A stretch of 64,000 nucleotides of DNA from Squalus acanthias (Eukaryota): positions 108,812,001-108,876,000 of the forward strand of contig CM059431.1 of NCBI GenBank assembly GCA_030390025.1, written 5' to 3'. The notes below the pieces were generated by a model that was given only the letters and a program-made list of their open reading frames with translations, did not search any database and was not told the origin of the DNA. Below, piece after piece: positions 13,271-24,745 of the stretch. Each line of letters begins with the position of its first letter. Positions within the stretch are counted from its first letter, which is position 1. The translations under genes and the position numbers were made by a program.

Positions 13271-15094
13271 TTCCAAGAAAACAGCCAAATGCAGTGTAAC
13301 TGTACAAATGATGAAAACCTCCTTACCATTTTCTACTGGTCTTCCTCCTATGTTGATTCACGGTCTACTTATTCAAAATGATTAATATACAGAGAAAAAT
13401 ACGTACACCTGATCCTGTGTACAATTAACCAAATTGCAGCTGAGCGAGTGGATGCTCTTGTCCCCTCACATGCAAGCTAACTTAATCATCTCCCTTTCCA
13501 GGCAGGGAATGGATATGACTTGCACACGACCAACTATTTGCACACTCACTCAAAGCATTACTTACAGTTGCAAATGTGTTGTCTTTCCACTATGCAGTTG
13601 GGAGGAACTTTTAGATCGACATACATTAGAGCTTACTGTAAACATAACTCAGCCGCATTCTGCACCCAGCCATTTTCTGGTCCTGTCATTCAAAGAGTCT
13701 ATTTTAATATTTTAACTTTTTACTGATGTGCTTGGCCACTTTGAGGCCTGAATTGAGGAATGCCACTGATACACAGAGGGGGAGAGAGGAGGCTTGGACC
13801 AATATGCCCAGTAGAGACCAGATGCAATTTTAAACAGGATTTCCTGCAATGATGTCACGAGCTCTCACGCAGTTAGAGTTCTGTCCCATTGAGGATATTA
13901 CTCCGGCCATCGAAACATTTTATTTTTTTTAATTGGTACAATTTTTTTGCCTTTATTATCTCATTAATGCTTAAATCAGATAATGGGGAGTGGGCACCAC
14001 TGACCTACCCAAATCACATGATACAGCTACACCATAGGTACTCCTGCGAGTGCACATCAGAAAGGATATTCCTGGACAGAGGCCTGCGACATAATTGAAA
14101 ACCCGAGTATTGATATCCATCCACTATTTCACACCACTGTTGTAATCATGTTTATTATTGTTACGCACTTGAAATAGGACTACTACCCAGTTCTAACAGC
14201 ATTTATTCCTACTACCTACTTGTAACGTTGCTCATTACAGTTCGCCAGATGCAATATAGTGCTTCTGACACTATTACCCAGTCATAATAGTGTACACCCT
14301 GAAAATTACACTGTGCAATGTTATTGTACGAAAGCTTAATGCATTCATAGCAAATTCTTGTGTCTGCTACATTAATGGAGTTGTTAACCTCTTCATTTTA
14401 ATTGAGCTAACACCTCTGTTAAAATAACAGATGAAGGGATTTGAGAAGAACATGGTAAACCTGCGTTCAATAATACCACACAGCGTCATTTCCAGGCTGG
14501 TATCTTTTACCTTTGTACATCACCAGCTAATAGGCCAATCAATTTAATACATCATCGCACAGCCCAGCTTCAGCTGAACCCATGAATAATTACTGGGAAA
14601 TGGTAATAATCACTGCCTATAACCAAGTGATTAATAATTATCCATGGTTGTTACCGCAGGAATTTTGAGAATAATCACCCAAGGTGAAAGGGATAATATT
14701 TTTCTCTGCAACCAATTCTAATTACGAATTTAAAATAGCAATCAACATAAGTCATAGAAAACAAGCTATGCAAAGATCATTATTCAGTACAGAAACTGTA
14801 TTCCTGGTTTTACTTACCTGTTTATATTATGTAATTTATTGTAGCAAGTAGACTCTCGAGTGATTTGAAAGCAGAAAAGCAAGCCAACTGGAATAGTACC
14901 AGTTCAATTAGGCCAAACAAAACCTTTGTGTAGGCCAGTTCTTTTTTTAAGGTGAAAGTAGAATAAATAAACCAACAATCTAAATTTGTCCTTGGCAGTT
15001 TTGTTCCCAAAGACTTGGATTCAGCCCAAATTTAGACGGTTTCAGGTTTGACATCACCTCTCTCTTTGCGTGCCGTGTCTCTCTGTGCATGTTC

Positions 15095-16200
15095 AATACC
15101 AAGGGGTCGGCCATTTAGGACTGAGATGAGGAGAAATGTCTTCACTCAAAGGGTTGTGAATCTTTGGAATACTCTACCCCAGAGGGCTGTGGAGGCTCAG
15201 TCATTGAGTATATTCAAGGCAGAGATCGATAGATTTTTGGATACTAAGGGAATCAAGGGATATGGGGATAGTGCAGGAAAGTGGAGTTGAGGTAGAAGAT
15301 CAGCCATGGATGTTATTGAATGGCAGAGCAGGTTTGAAGGGCCGAACGGATTTCAATGTAAGCAAATGCGAGGTCATCCACTTTGGACATAAAAAGGATA
15401 GAACAGCGTACTTTCTAAATGGTAAAAAGCTAAAACCAGTGGAGGTCCAAAGAGACTTGGGGGTTCAGGTACATAGATCATTAAAATGTCATGGACAGGT
15501 ACAGAAAATAATCAAAAAGGCTAATGCAATGCTGGCCTTTATATCTAGAGGACTAGAGTACAAGGGGGTAGAAGCTATGCTGCAGCTGTACAAAACCCTG
15601 GTTAGACCACACCTGGAGTACTGTGAGCAGTTCTGGGCACCACACCTCAGGAAGGATATATTGGCCTTGGAGGGAGTGCAGCGTAGTTTACCAGAATGAT
15701 AACCGGACTTCAAGGGTTAAGTTACGAGGAGAGATTACACAAATTAGGGTTGTATTCCCTAGAATTTAGAAGGATAAGGGGTGATCTGATTAAAGTTTTC
15801 AGGATATTAAGGGGAACAGATAGGGTAGACAGAGAGAAACTATTTCCATTGGTTGGGGAGTCTAGGACTAGGGGGCATAGTCTAGAAATTAGAGCCAGAC
15901 CTTTCAGGAGTGAAATTAGGAAACACTTCTACACACAAAGGGTGGTCGAAGTTTGGAATGCTCTTCCACAAACGGCAGCTGAAGCTAGATAAATTGTTAA
16001 TTTTTAATCGGAGATTGATAGATTTTTGTTAACCAAAGGTATTAAGGGATATGGGCCAAAGACAGGTATATGGAGTTAGGTCACAGATCAGCCATGATCT
16101 CATTGAATGGCAGAACAGGCTCGAGGGGCTCAATGGCCTACTCCTGTTCCTATGTTCCTATGGCCTATTCCTGCTCCTATTTCTTATGTTCTTATTTCTA
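15095..16200 (+). mobile_element. CR1 LINE fragment (15348-16160) nested in the 3' UTR of another CR1
   Basis: FTQRVVNLWNTLP then FNVSKCEVIHFG..LVRPHLEYC..RIRGDLIKVF; two tails. Confidence 0.9.
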
Positions 16201-16468
16201 TACTTTACATTGGTAGCCCATATAGCTGGAGAGACAAAATAAAATCCCCTTGTGAACATGTGTTAATATTTTTCATTTTCCTATATGTTTTACACCACTA
16301 AAGAATTCATTATAATGACCCTCAATCAAAATGGTGGGTGCACGCAATTTTGCTCTGGGTAATTTTGTAATTTCATAAATGGGGGTAGACAGGCATGTTG
16401 CATTTGGAATAATAATCCTTTAAACACTTCTCACGCAGCTAGGAAGACACTTAACCCATATAAATGAT

Positions 16469-16617
16469 GATGTGGAGATGCCGGTGTTGGACTGGGGTGG
16501 ACAAATGTGAGAAGTCGCACAACACCAGGTTATAGTCCAACAGTTTTATTTGAAATCACAAGCTTTCGGAGCGCTGCTCCTTCGTCAGGTGAAGTGAAGA
16601 GATGTATATCGGCACAG
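16469..16617 (-). mobile_element. Penelope-like retroelement 3' terminal fragment with 12-bp TSD
   Basis: CATATAAATGAT at 16457-16468 and 16618-16629; contains hammerhead motif; inverted homolog at 17440-17568. Confidence 0.75.
16555..16593 (-). ncRNA. Minimal type I hammerhead ribozyme motif
   Basis: TCAC-CTGACGA-A-GGAGC-agc-GCTCC-GAAA-GCTT-GTGA. Confidence 0.75.
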
Positions 16618-17344
16618 CATATAAATGATAACAAGTTTGTTAATCCAGTGTGAAGTGTGCAAAATTTTGGAGACATGGCTCAGCATCAAACTGGTAAAGT
16701 TTGTTTTACTGACCATCCATGTAGGTCCTTATAGACCATGTTATAGGGAAACAGGAGGACATCTTTGGTCTGGTAGAATGTCCCACAAACACGCTCTGCA
16801 GGCAAAATGCATGGCGATCAATCATAGTTCATCTGGGGTTGAGGTGAGCAGCTGATTTAAAGGTCAGGAAGCACAAATAGATAATGCAAGAACATTACTA
16901 TAAAGAAGGAGCAGAAGACAGGTACGGGGATAAAGTTAACTGGTAATTGTTATAAGCAAAATAAAAGACCCACAAGCAAATGTTAAAAAGGGTATAACAA
17001 GGAAGGTAGTATAAGTGAAAAGAACAGGCTAATGCAAATTATATTACATGTAATAATGTACTGCAGGAAAGAATTTCCATGGGCCAAATCACTTTGACTT
17101 AATCCATATGTTTAAAGGCATAATAAGCCAAGGGGAGTGAAACCGGTATTGGATCCTCCATAGAGAAACATTGAGTGGCGCACAGAGTGAGAATCATGGA
17201 ATTTACAGGGAGGGAGATGTTTGGCCAGAGGAGGATGTTGTGACATTCGGGGATTGTGCGGACTATGATTTGGTAAAATGTTTTCTGCTAAGATCACGGA
17301 GTGTTTATATTGGATAAATTAGCAGAGGAGTGGGGAAAAAATAT

Positions 17345-17570
17345 GAAGTCGCATAACATCAGACGACTACATTTAATCTTTCTGACTGCCTTTAGATTAA
17401 ATGTAGTCGTCTGACATTGTACGCTACACAGGCATTGTTCTCTGTCTATATATGCTTTGCCGATTCGTATTCCTTCACTTCACCTGACGAAGGGGCAGCA
17501 GCTCCGAAAGCTTGTGATTTCAAATAAAACTGTTGGACTATAACCTGGTGTTGTGCGACTTCTCACTTTT
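17345..17570 (+). mobile_element. Penelope-like terminal fragment with 5' inverted segments
   Basis: Homologous to 16469-16617; 17345-17362 is an inverted copy (16/18) of 17545-17562. Confidence 0.7.
17479..17518 (+). ncRNA. Minimal type I hammerhead ribozyme motif
   Basis: TCAC-CTGACGA-A-GGGGC-agca-GCTCC-GAAA-GCTT-GTGA. Confidence 0.72.
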
Positions 17571-17639
17571 GCAATCAGTCGAGGCCGAAAAAAATGTTAC
17601 TGATTATACTTGCATATAGCATAAATGGTGACGTCAGCA

Positions 17640-18700
17640 TGGACTAAGAGTTCCAGAGAGTAGGAACCCATGTTGAAGGCTGGTGAGGTGAAGGGAGGGA
17701 AAATGCATAATAGGGCCGAGTCAGAGGACAACAGCATTTGGGCTGGGATGTAAGGCTGGAGGAGGCTGCAAAGATAGGGTGGGGTGATGCCATCAAGGGA
17801 ATTAAAGAGGAGGACAAGGATTTTAATTTAATAGGGGTGAAATTGGTCAATGCCAGTAGCGCAAAATGGGCTTATAATGAATCGGAAGCCCGTTTTACAC
17901 TGCGTCCGATTTTCTTTTCAATTGAAGGCACTACTGCTGTTGACCAATTTCACCTCCAATGTGTTGAGAGACTGAAAACAAATATAAATTAGCCAGGATT
18001 AGGTTTTGAGTGAGTAGGATAGAACACAGCAGGTTTTGGACAAATTGGAGATTATAAAGGATGCAAGTTGCGAGGCCAGCAAGGAGAATATTTTGGCAAT
18101 TGAGTTTTGGGGTGACAAAGGGTTTCAGTGATGGAGAAGCCGTGGTTGAGGTGGAGGTCGACAATGTTTTGGAGATAGAAGCAAGTGGCCTTTGTGATGG
18201 AGAGGACATGGGCTCTGAAACTCAGCTCATGGTGGAATAGGATGCCAAGGTTCTGAATAGTCAGGTTCAAACTGAGACAGTGGCCAGGGATGGGAGTAGA
18301 GTCAGTGGTATGGGAGTGGAGTTTGTGGCAGTGGTTGAATAAAATGGCTTCACCTTCCCAATACTGAGTTGGAGGAAGTTAAGACTCATGGCAGACAAGC
18401 CATTTGACATCACAGTGACAATCAAAGGATTGAAAGAACTGGCAGAGAACTCAGTGTTATTGGTATACATGTAGACGCTGACCCTGTATCTGCAAATGAG
18501 ATCACCAACAGGGAGTATGGAGATGAATAAGTGCGGGGGGGGAGTCAAGGGAAAATCTTTAGGGGCTTCTCAGATGACAGTACGGGGGAGGGAAGAAAAG
18601 TCTTGCTGGAAATGCTCTCACCATGTTTAGAGAGTGGAATCAGACAAGAGCAGTCCCACAAAGCTGGGTGATGGCGGAGAGGCACTGGAGTGGACGACAT
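17640..18700 (-). mobile_element. Old L2 LINE fragments
   Basis: QNLGILFHHELSFRAHVLSITKATCFYLQNI, YNLQFVQN, PTLWNS remnants. Confidence 0.7.
17833..17957. mobile_element. 125-bp MITE with AAT TSD
   Basis: AGGGGTGAAATTGGTCAA / TTGACCAATTTCACCTCC (16/18), AAT on both sides. Confidence 0.75.
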
Positions 18701-19199
18701 AATCAGTTTATGTAAAAATATTCGCTCTTTTGCCATACTACATCAAATTCCCCCCCAAAATCTATGAGAAAAGTCAGTACTCTAAGGAAACTTACTTGAG
18801 CTAGATTTTTAAAGGTGTAAAACATAACCATGTGGCAGCATTACGTTACAGAGAAAATCAAAGTTCTTTGAAAAGATGTAGAAATTACTTTGCAAAAAGG
18901 TGCAAGAGAATGATAAAGTATAATCCCGGATGTGTTTCAGTGTTTGCACTTACACTGGTAAATATGCCAATTATACTAATGATTTTGTTATCTTTATATT
19001 GAAATCACATGAAAAAAAACTTAAGGTTCGTATAAAATGAGTTTATATTGGCAAAAGTTTATCTTTAAAGGAACAATATGAAAATCACAGTTTGTGACAA
19101 ACTCCTTTGGACGACTGGCATTTTTCCTGGAAGTCTGATTTAAACATTGCTCCTCCATTTGAGACAGAGGTGTGGGGACCAAGGCTTAGATGTTTTTGG

Positions 19200-19850
19200 A
19201 ACCGAAGAGATTTCGGGGTACATTTACACAGATCACTAAAATGTAGCGGTCAAGTACAAAAAATAATCAAAAAGGCTAATGGAAAGTTTTGCTACAGCTG
19301 TACAAAGCCCTGGTTAGACCACACCTGGTGGACTGGTGACAGTTCTGGGCACCACACCTTAGAAAGGACGTATTGGCCTTGGAAGGGGTGCAGCGCAGAT
19401 TCACCAGAATGTTACCAATGTTCCATGGGTTAGATTATGAGGAGAGATTACATGAACGAGGCTTGTATTCCCTGGAATATAGAAGTTTAAGGGGTGATTT
19501 GATTGAGGTTTTTAGGATTTTGAAAGGAATTGATAGGGTAGATAGAGAGAAACTTTAGGACAAGGGGACATAACCTTAAAATCAGAGCCAGGTCATTCAG
19601 GAGAGAAGTTAGGAAACACTTCTTCATGCAAAGGGTGGTAGAAGTGTGGAGCTCTCTCCCACAAAAAGCAGTAGACGTCAGCTCAAATAATAATTTTAAA
19701 TCTGAGATCAATAGATTTTTGCTAGGCAAGGGCATAAAAGGATATGGAGCCAAGGCAGATGGATGGAGTTAAGATACAGATCAGCCATGATCTCATTGAA
19801 TGGCGGAACAGGCTCAAGGGGCTGAATGGCCTCCTCCTGTTCCTATGTTT
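19200..19850 (+). mobile_element. CR1 LINE 3' fragment
   Basis: [31 protein letters not shown]1 3' UTR. Confidence 0.9.
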
Positions 19851-20398
19851 TTGCAAGCAACACACTCGGGTATCTTAAGCAAGGTCGATCGCATATACAG
19901 CTGCACCTTAATCAAACTCTTGCTTAATCATTCCGCAAAGCCCATTGACTGCTAGTAGGACTGTCAATAATCATTATGGACAATGCTAAACTAATTCTAG
20001 TGGACTGCTCAAAATTTGTGGCAAATGAATCCTCTGCTTCGTTCTTACTTTTACCAATTCCCATCCACTCAATGAGTCTTTTATGGGACTGGCACATTTA
20101 TATCAGAATTGAGGAAGCTCTCATCATTCTCCTTAATATCTTGCACAAAAGTTTCTCCCTATCTTGCACTACAGCATGGCTCATTCTTGTTGGAGCCAAG
20201 GCCAAATGAGTTGTGTTTTTTAAAAATGTTTATTTAAGTTTGATGGATCTGGCTCTGGAGCAGATACCCTGTTATGTGAATCACCACAGATACCAAATGT
20301 GGGGAGCAGTCACTGGATTCTTGTGGTGAGGTATCACTTTGGGGAGAGTAAAAATGAGACATCTAATATAACCCAACTAATGATATTACAGAGACTAG

Positions 20399-21243
20399 GG
20401 GCTGGATTTTCTCAATGGAGACGAGTTGGAGGCGGGACTACTGCTTGTTGTGTCAATGTCCTGCCTCATCATCGTCTGACCAACCAGAAGGATTTTCCCC
20501 TGATTGACCTTGTTAAGCCCGCCCTGCGGGCTCAGCAGGCCAATTAGGGAGGAAGTCACTGACAGAGCACGTCAACGTCTGACATGCTATCTGTCAAGAC
20601 TTCTTGAAAGAAGAAATGTCAGCGTTTGACAGCTCTGTGAAGCTGTCAAACACTGACATTCTCTGTAATTTGATGAGACTTTGTGTTCAGGGCTCATCAA
20701 ACCTTTTAACTTTGTCGATTTCAGATGGCTGTTGGTTCAGAGGATCCAACAGCCAGTCTGTGAAATCGACAAGGAAGGTGTCGGGTCTCCCGATCCAGGG
20801 TGGATGAAGGCTGTAGGAAGAAAACAAGGTAAGTGAACATTTTTAAACACTTATCATTAACCTTACATACTTACCACTCCACACTTGCACCCATCACTCA
20901 CCTCTACATCTTACTTCCAGGTGCCTCCAACCCCCGCAGACCTCCTCCACGTCTCCTCCAACCCGGCGGGGTTCTCCGAGGTCGGGAAGCCTTCACCTGA
21001 GAAGGTAATATGGCACTAATCCTTTTTCCTGCTTGTTAACTACCTGTTAACAGGCAGTTAAAAGGGTTTACTCCCTTTCCCGCCTCCAGGAGATGGGACC
21101 CAAAGCAGCACATCTTCCCGCCTCCTGGCAAAAGGGCACGAAGGCGGGATGGGGGCGGGTTTGCCATCCACCCCCACTTTCTGCTACTTTGCCGGCAGTC
21201 CCGCCTCCATGCCCGCCTCCTCGGGGCTGAGAAAATCCAGCCC
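20399..21243. mobile_element. Harbinger-derived MITE (845 bp) with TAG TSD
   Basis: TAG|GGGCTGGATTTTCTCA ... TGAGAAAATCCAGCCC|TAG, perfect 16-bp TIR. Confidence 0.92.
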
Positions 21244-21653
21244 TAGTTGTCTACATGCATGTAATTGAAATGTTGAGGAGATATTTCTTAAAAGGGCACC
21301 TACCTCAGCAAAAAAAAACAGGGGGGAGAAATTCGGTATTGCCCCGCTTGAGGCTCTAATTTTTGAAATCCAGAAAAATAAGCGCTAATGAGTCTGAGGT
21401 TCCCCTAAATTGGCTGTTAGCGCTCGAGGAAAGAACTGAAGCGCTAAATCAAGCACTAATGACCTCAGTAGGGCGCTACAGGGGCACTACCAGCAGAGCG
21501 ATAGTGAATTTCAGGTGCTCTGCAATCGGGAATGATCCTTCACACTGGCTCCTACCAGCTCTTAACAGGGAGGTTGCATCATTGTGTAGATCCAAATTAT
21601 CAGCTTTGTTGACTGTGAAGGCGACCTGCAACCAACTCAATCCCCTGATCGTG

Positions 21654-23038
21654 ATGGCTGCTCCTACTCCCAGGGAGAGAGCTCGTCGTTTCACGGACGA
21701 GGCAATGTTTCAGACCTGGAGGAGTGAGTGCTGTGACTCATTGGGCAGCAGGTGGTGGGCGCCATCAGCAACGTCGACCCCCTTGGGGGAAACAATGTAA
21801 TGGTCATCCCCTCTCCTTCTCTCATCCCACTTCCCCCTCACACCACAAGCCTTTCCCACTTTCCAGCTCATTATACTGTCTGCATTCCTTGCTCCCTTCC
21901 TGCCCCCCTGCCCTCACATGAACGCGAGTCTTGTGACTTTATGCTTTCAGAGAATCAGCAACCAGATGGCCAGCCTGTCCCTGAGCCTCCCACTGAGAGT
22001 GAGGCAGGAGCAGAGGAGGAGGAAGAAAGCACCACATCACTGCATCTCTCACCCGCAAGCACCACCTGAGATACTGGCACTACGCAATCTTTAAAGGCAA
22101 GTTTAGTAGAGGAGTCGGCACTGGGTGATGCACCGGGGATGAGCAGGCTGCAGCAAGGCCAGGGGGAAAGGGTAGCTCGGGAGCCAACTCCCCAGAGGGT
22201 GAGTTTGCGTGCAACTTCTGCTGCACACGACTCAGATGAGGACCTCGATGGGGAGGTGTTCACAAGAAGGGATGGGCATGCACTCCGAGATGATAGGTGC
22301 AAAGGCAAGGGTGCCCGAGAGCCTCTCAGCAATTGTAAGGGACGTGGAGCAGTCCGCCTCCAACATTGCACAGAGCTCTGCGCACACCATGAAGCCCATC
22401 ATTTCCACTGTGCAGAGGATGGTGGGCTCCCAGAGAGACCGTACGGATCCAGACCTCATGACACGTGTCATGGGTGATGTGGCAGCTTCTATTGCAGCGC
22501 AGATGGAAGAGACGCAACGTCTTAGTGCTGTAATGCAGACACTGGTTGGTGGCATCGAATCTCAAACTGCTCTCATGCAGACTCAGCTTGATGCCGCGCA
22601 AGCTCTGACAGCTGCCATCGTGGCTGGGTCCACTACAGTCCACCGGGGATCTCACGGTGTCTCAGCAGGCCAGCAATCTGTGCTCCAGCAGATTGGTAGG
22701 GATGCTGAGGTGCTGCCTCAGGGGAGTGGCAGTGGGTCAGTGGAGCAGGAACCTGCTGTCCTCTCTCAAGATGACAGCATTCCTGCTCCCACCACTGCCA
22801 CTCGCCATTGCACTTGTCGCTGCCTGTCATCCAGCCAGCCCAGACTGCCGCCACCCATGCTGAGGTTGTGCAGTCTACAGTCGGGCCTTCCAGGCCCAGA
22901 GCTGGTCGAGGGTGTCCTGCAAGGCCATCTGCAGTCTCTGGCACTGACACTCAGCAGCCTTCCACCAGCCCTGCTGCAGCCACTGGGGAGACACTACATA
23001 GGAGCAGTAGATTAGGGAAAGGCACTGTAAAGAGGTGA
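21654..23038 (+). pseudogene. Harbinger accessory (Myb/SANT-type) gene, Myb domain largely deleted; long last exon 21951-23038 with frameshifts
   Basis: MAAPTPRERARRFTDEA start (cf. RSAPRFDDVAL); CT-rich intron ~21797-21950 ending ctttcAG; acidic, helical and S/P/T-rich C-terminal region. Confidence 0.7.
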
Positions 23039-23231
23039 AGTAGGGGTTTGCACAAGGGTGATTAGTTAATATTGTTGTATATATATATATGGTTACTGAA
23101 TTTGGATAAATTTATTATTGGAATGTTGCAGATTTGGTGCTGTGTCTCATTTCAGCTTTGGGGTGTGGTATGGAATGAGAAATTGATGGAATGATGGGGA
23201 TGTGCTGAGCAACCAGGAAGTGGCCTCCAAT

Positions 23232-24436
23232 TCATTGGAACTGAAGTCTGATGAGGCGGTCACGGACCGCCCTTCCACAAGGCCGCTTGAGTGGCGGCCT
23301 CCTCCGTCGCTGATGTTCGTGCTCCTGTTCCTCCTCCTCCTCCTCCTCCTCCACCTCCTCCTCCTCCTCCTCCTCCTCTTCCTCGTCCTCCTGAGGAGGT
23401 GCGGCTAAGCCTGGTGGCAATGGCTGGGCCCTCGTGATGGCCAAGTTGTGCAGCAAGCAGCAGACCACCGTGAAAAGGGACACCCGCTCAGCCGAGTACT
23501 GGAGGGCTCCTCCCGAGTGGTCAAGGCAGCGGAACCGTTGCTTGAACACGCCGATGGTCTGCTCAATGATGTTCCTGGTGGCAGCATAGCTCTCATTATA
23601 TGAGTGCTGGCCAGGAGTGTTGGAGTTGCGGAGGGGAGTCATGAGCCAGGTGGAGAGCGTATAGTCCTTGTCTTCCAGTAGCCAGCCATGATCTTGATGT
23701 TGTGGCTGGAACAGAGCTGGCACGCTGGTCTGGCGCAGGATGAAAGCATCGTGGCTGCTGCCAGGATAGCGGGCATTGACGGTGAGGATTCACCATGTGT
23801 GGTTGCACACCAACTGCACATTAAGTGAGTGGTAGCCTTTGCGGTTACAGAATATCTCAGGATTGTTACGGAGTGCTCGCAGAACGACGTGGGTGCAGTC
23901 AATGGCGCCCTGCACCATTGTGCCCGCGCCATTGTGCCCGCTATCCTGGCAAAGCCACATGCACGCTCGCGCTGCTTCTCTCTGGTCATGGCGAAGGAAA
24001 TGTAGTCCCTTCTCCTTCTGTAGAGAGCATCTGTGACCTCACGGATGCAGCAATGGACAGCGAACTGCGATATGTTAGATATGTCTCCTGTTGCACATTG
24101 GAACGATCCGCTGGTGTAGAAATTGAGGGCGACAGTGACCTTGACTGCCACTGAGAGAGCCGTGGTGGTCCTGATGTGAGGCTCGAGGTGTGGCTGCAGG
24201 AGGTGGCAGAGCTCTGTGATCATGTCCTTGCTGAAGCGGAGTCTTCTAAGACACTGTTCCTCAGTGAAATTGATGCAGGAGAATTGCTGCCGGAATACCC
24301 TGGGAGGGTAAGGCCTCCTGTTGAGAGCCCTGTTGGCCCTCCTCCCTCTGGCCACATTTTGCAATCTCTCTCTTTGCCTCCACTGCCTCCGACGTTGATG
24401 CTGGAGGGCCAGGTCCAGTGCCAGTACAGCCCCCAT
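23232..24436 (-). pseudogene. HARBI1-like DDE transposase, one frameshift (~23915-23941) and an in-frame TGA
   Basis: [93 protein letters not shown]; poly-Glu tail. Confidence 0.92.
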
Positions 24437-24612
24437 TGAAGTATGGAAATGTTGCACTTTAAAATCTCACCTAACTGAAACTGAATAATTTTTCTGAGCC
24501 AAAAGACTCCTTCAAGTGAAAAATGCTGAAATGCTCAAAACGCCTGTTTGCCTATGTCAAATTGACAAGGCAGCTTTCTTTGCCGACTAAAAATAAACCC
24601 GATGTTGACACC

Positions 24613-24745
24613 TTTATATACCGCTCCTCCAGCGCTCATCCGACTGCGTTCCGCCTCCTCTACCTGTCGTTGCTAACGGCAGGCGCTCAGGCAGGGGGCG
24701 AGAGTGAATTTCTGAGCCGGGGCGCTGCACAGTCGGATGACGTCA
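24613..24745 (-). promoter_or_regulatory. Candidate transposase promoter: CRE plus TATA box
   Basis: TGACGTCA at 24738-24745 and TATAAA (minus strand) at 24613-24618 upstream of ATG 24436; CRE retained in the derivative at 33253-33260. Confidence 0.45.

Noticed and set aside
16469..17570. One element with ~120-bp terminal inverted repeats
   Set aside because: The left arm has its own 12-bp TSD, so the arms are better explained as two independent Penelope-like insertions.
23232..24436. Domesticated host gene HARBI1
   Set aside because: Frameshift, stop codon and enclosing TIRs indicate a transposon copy.
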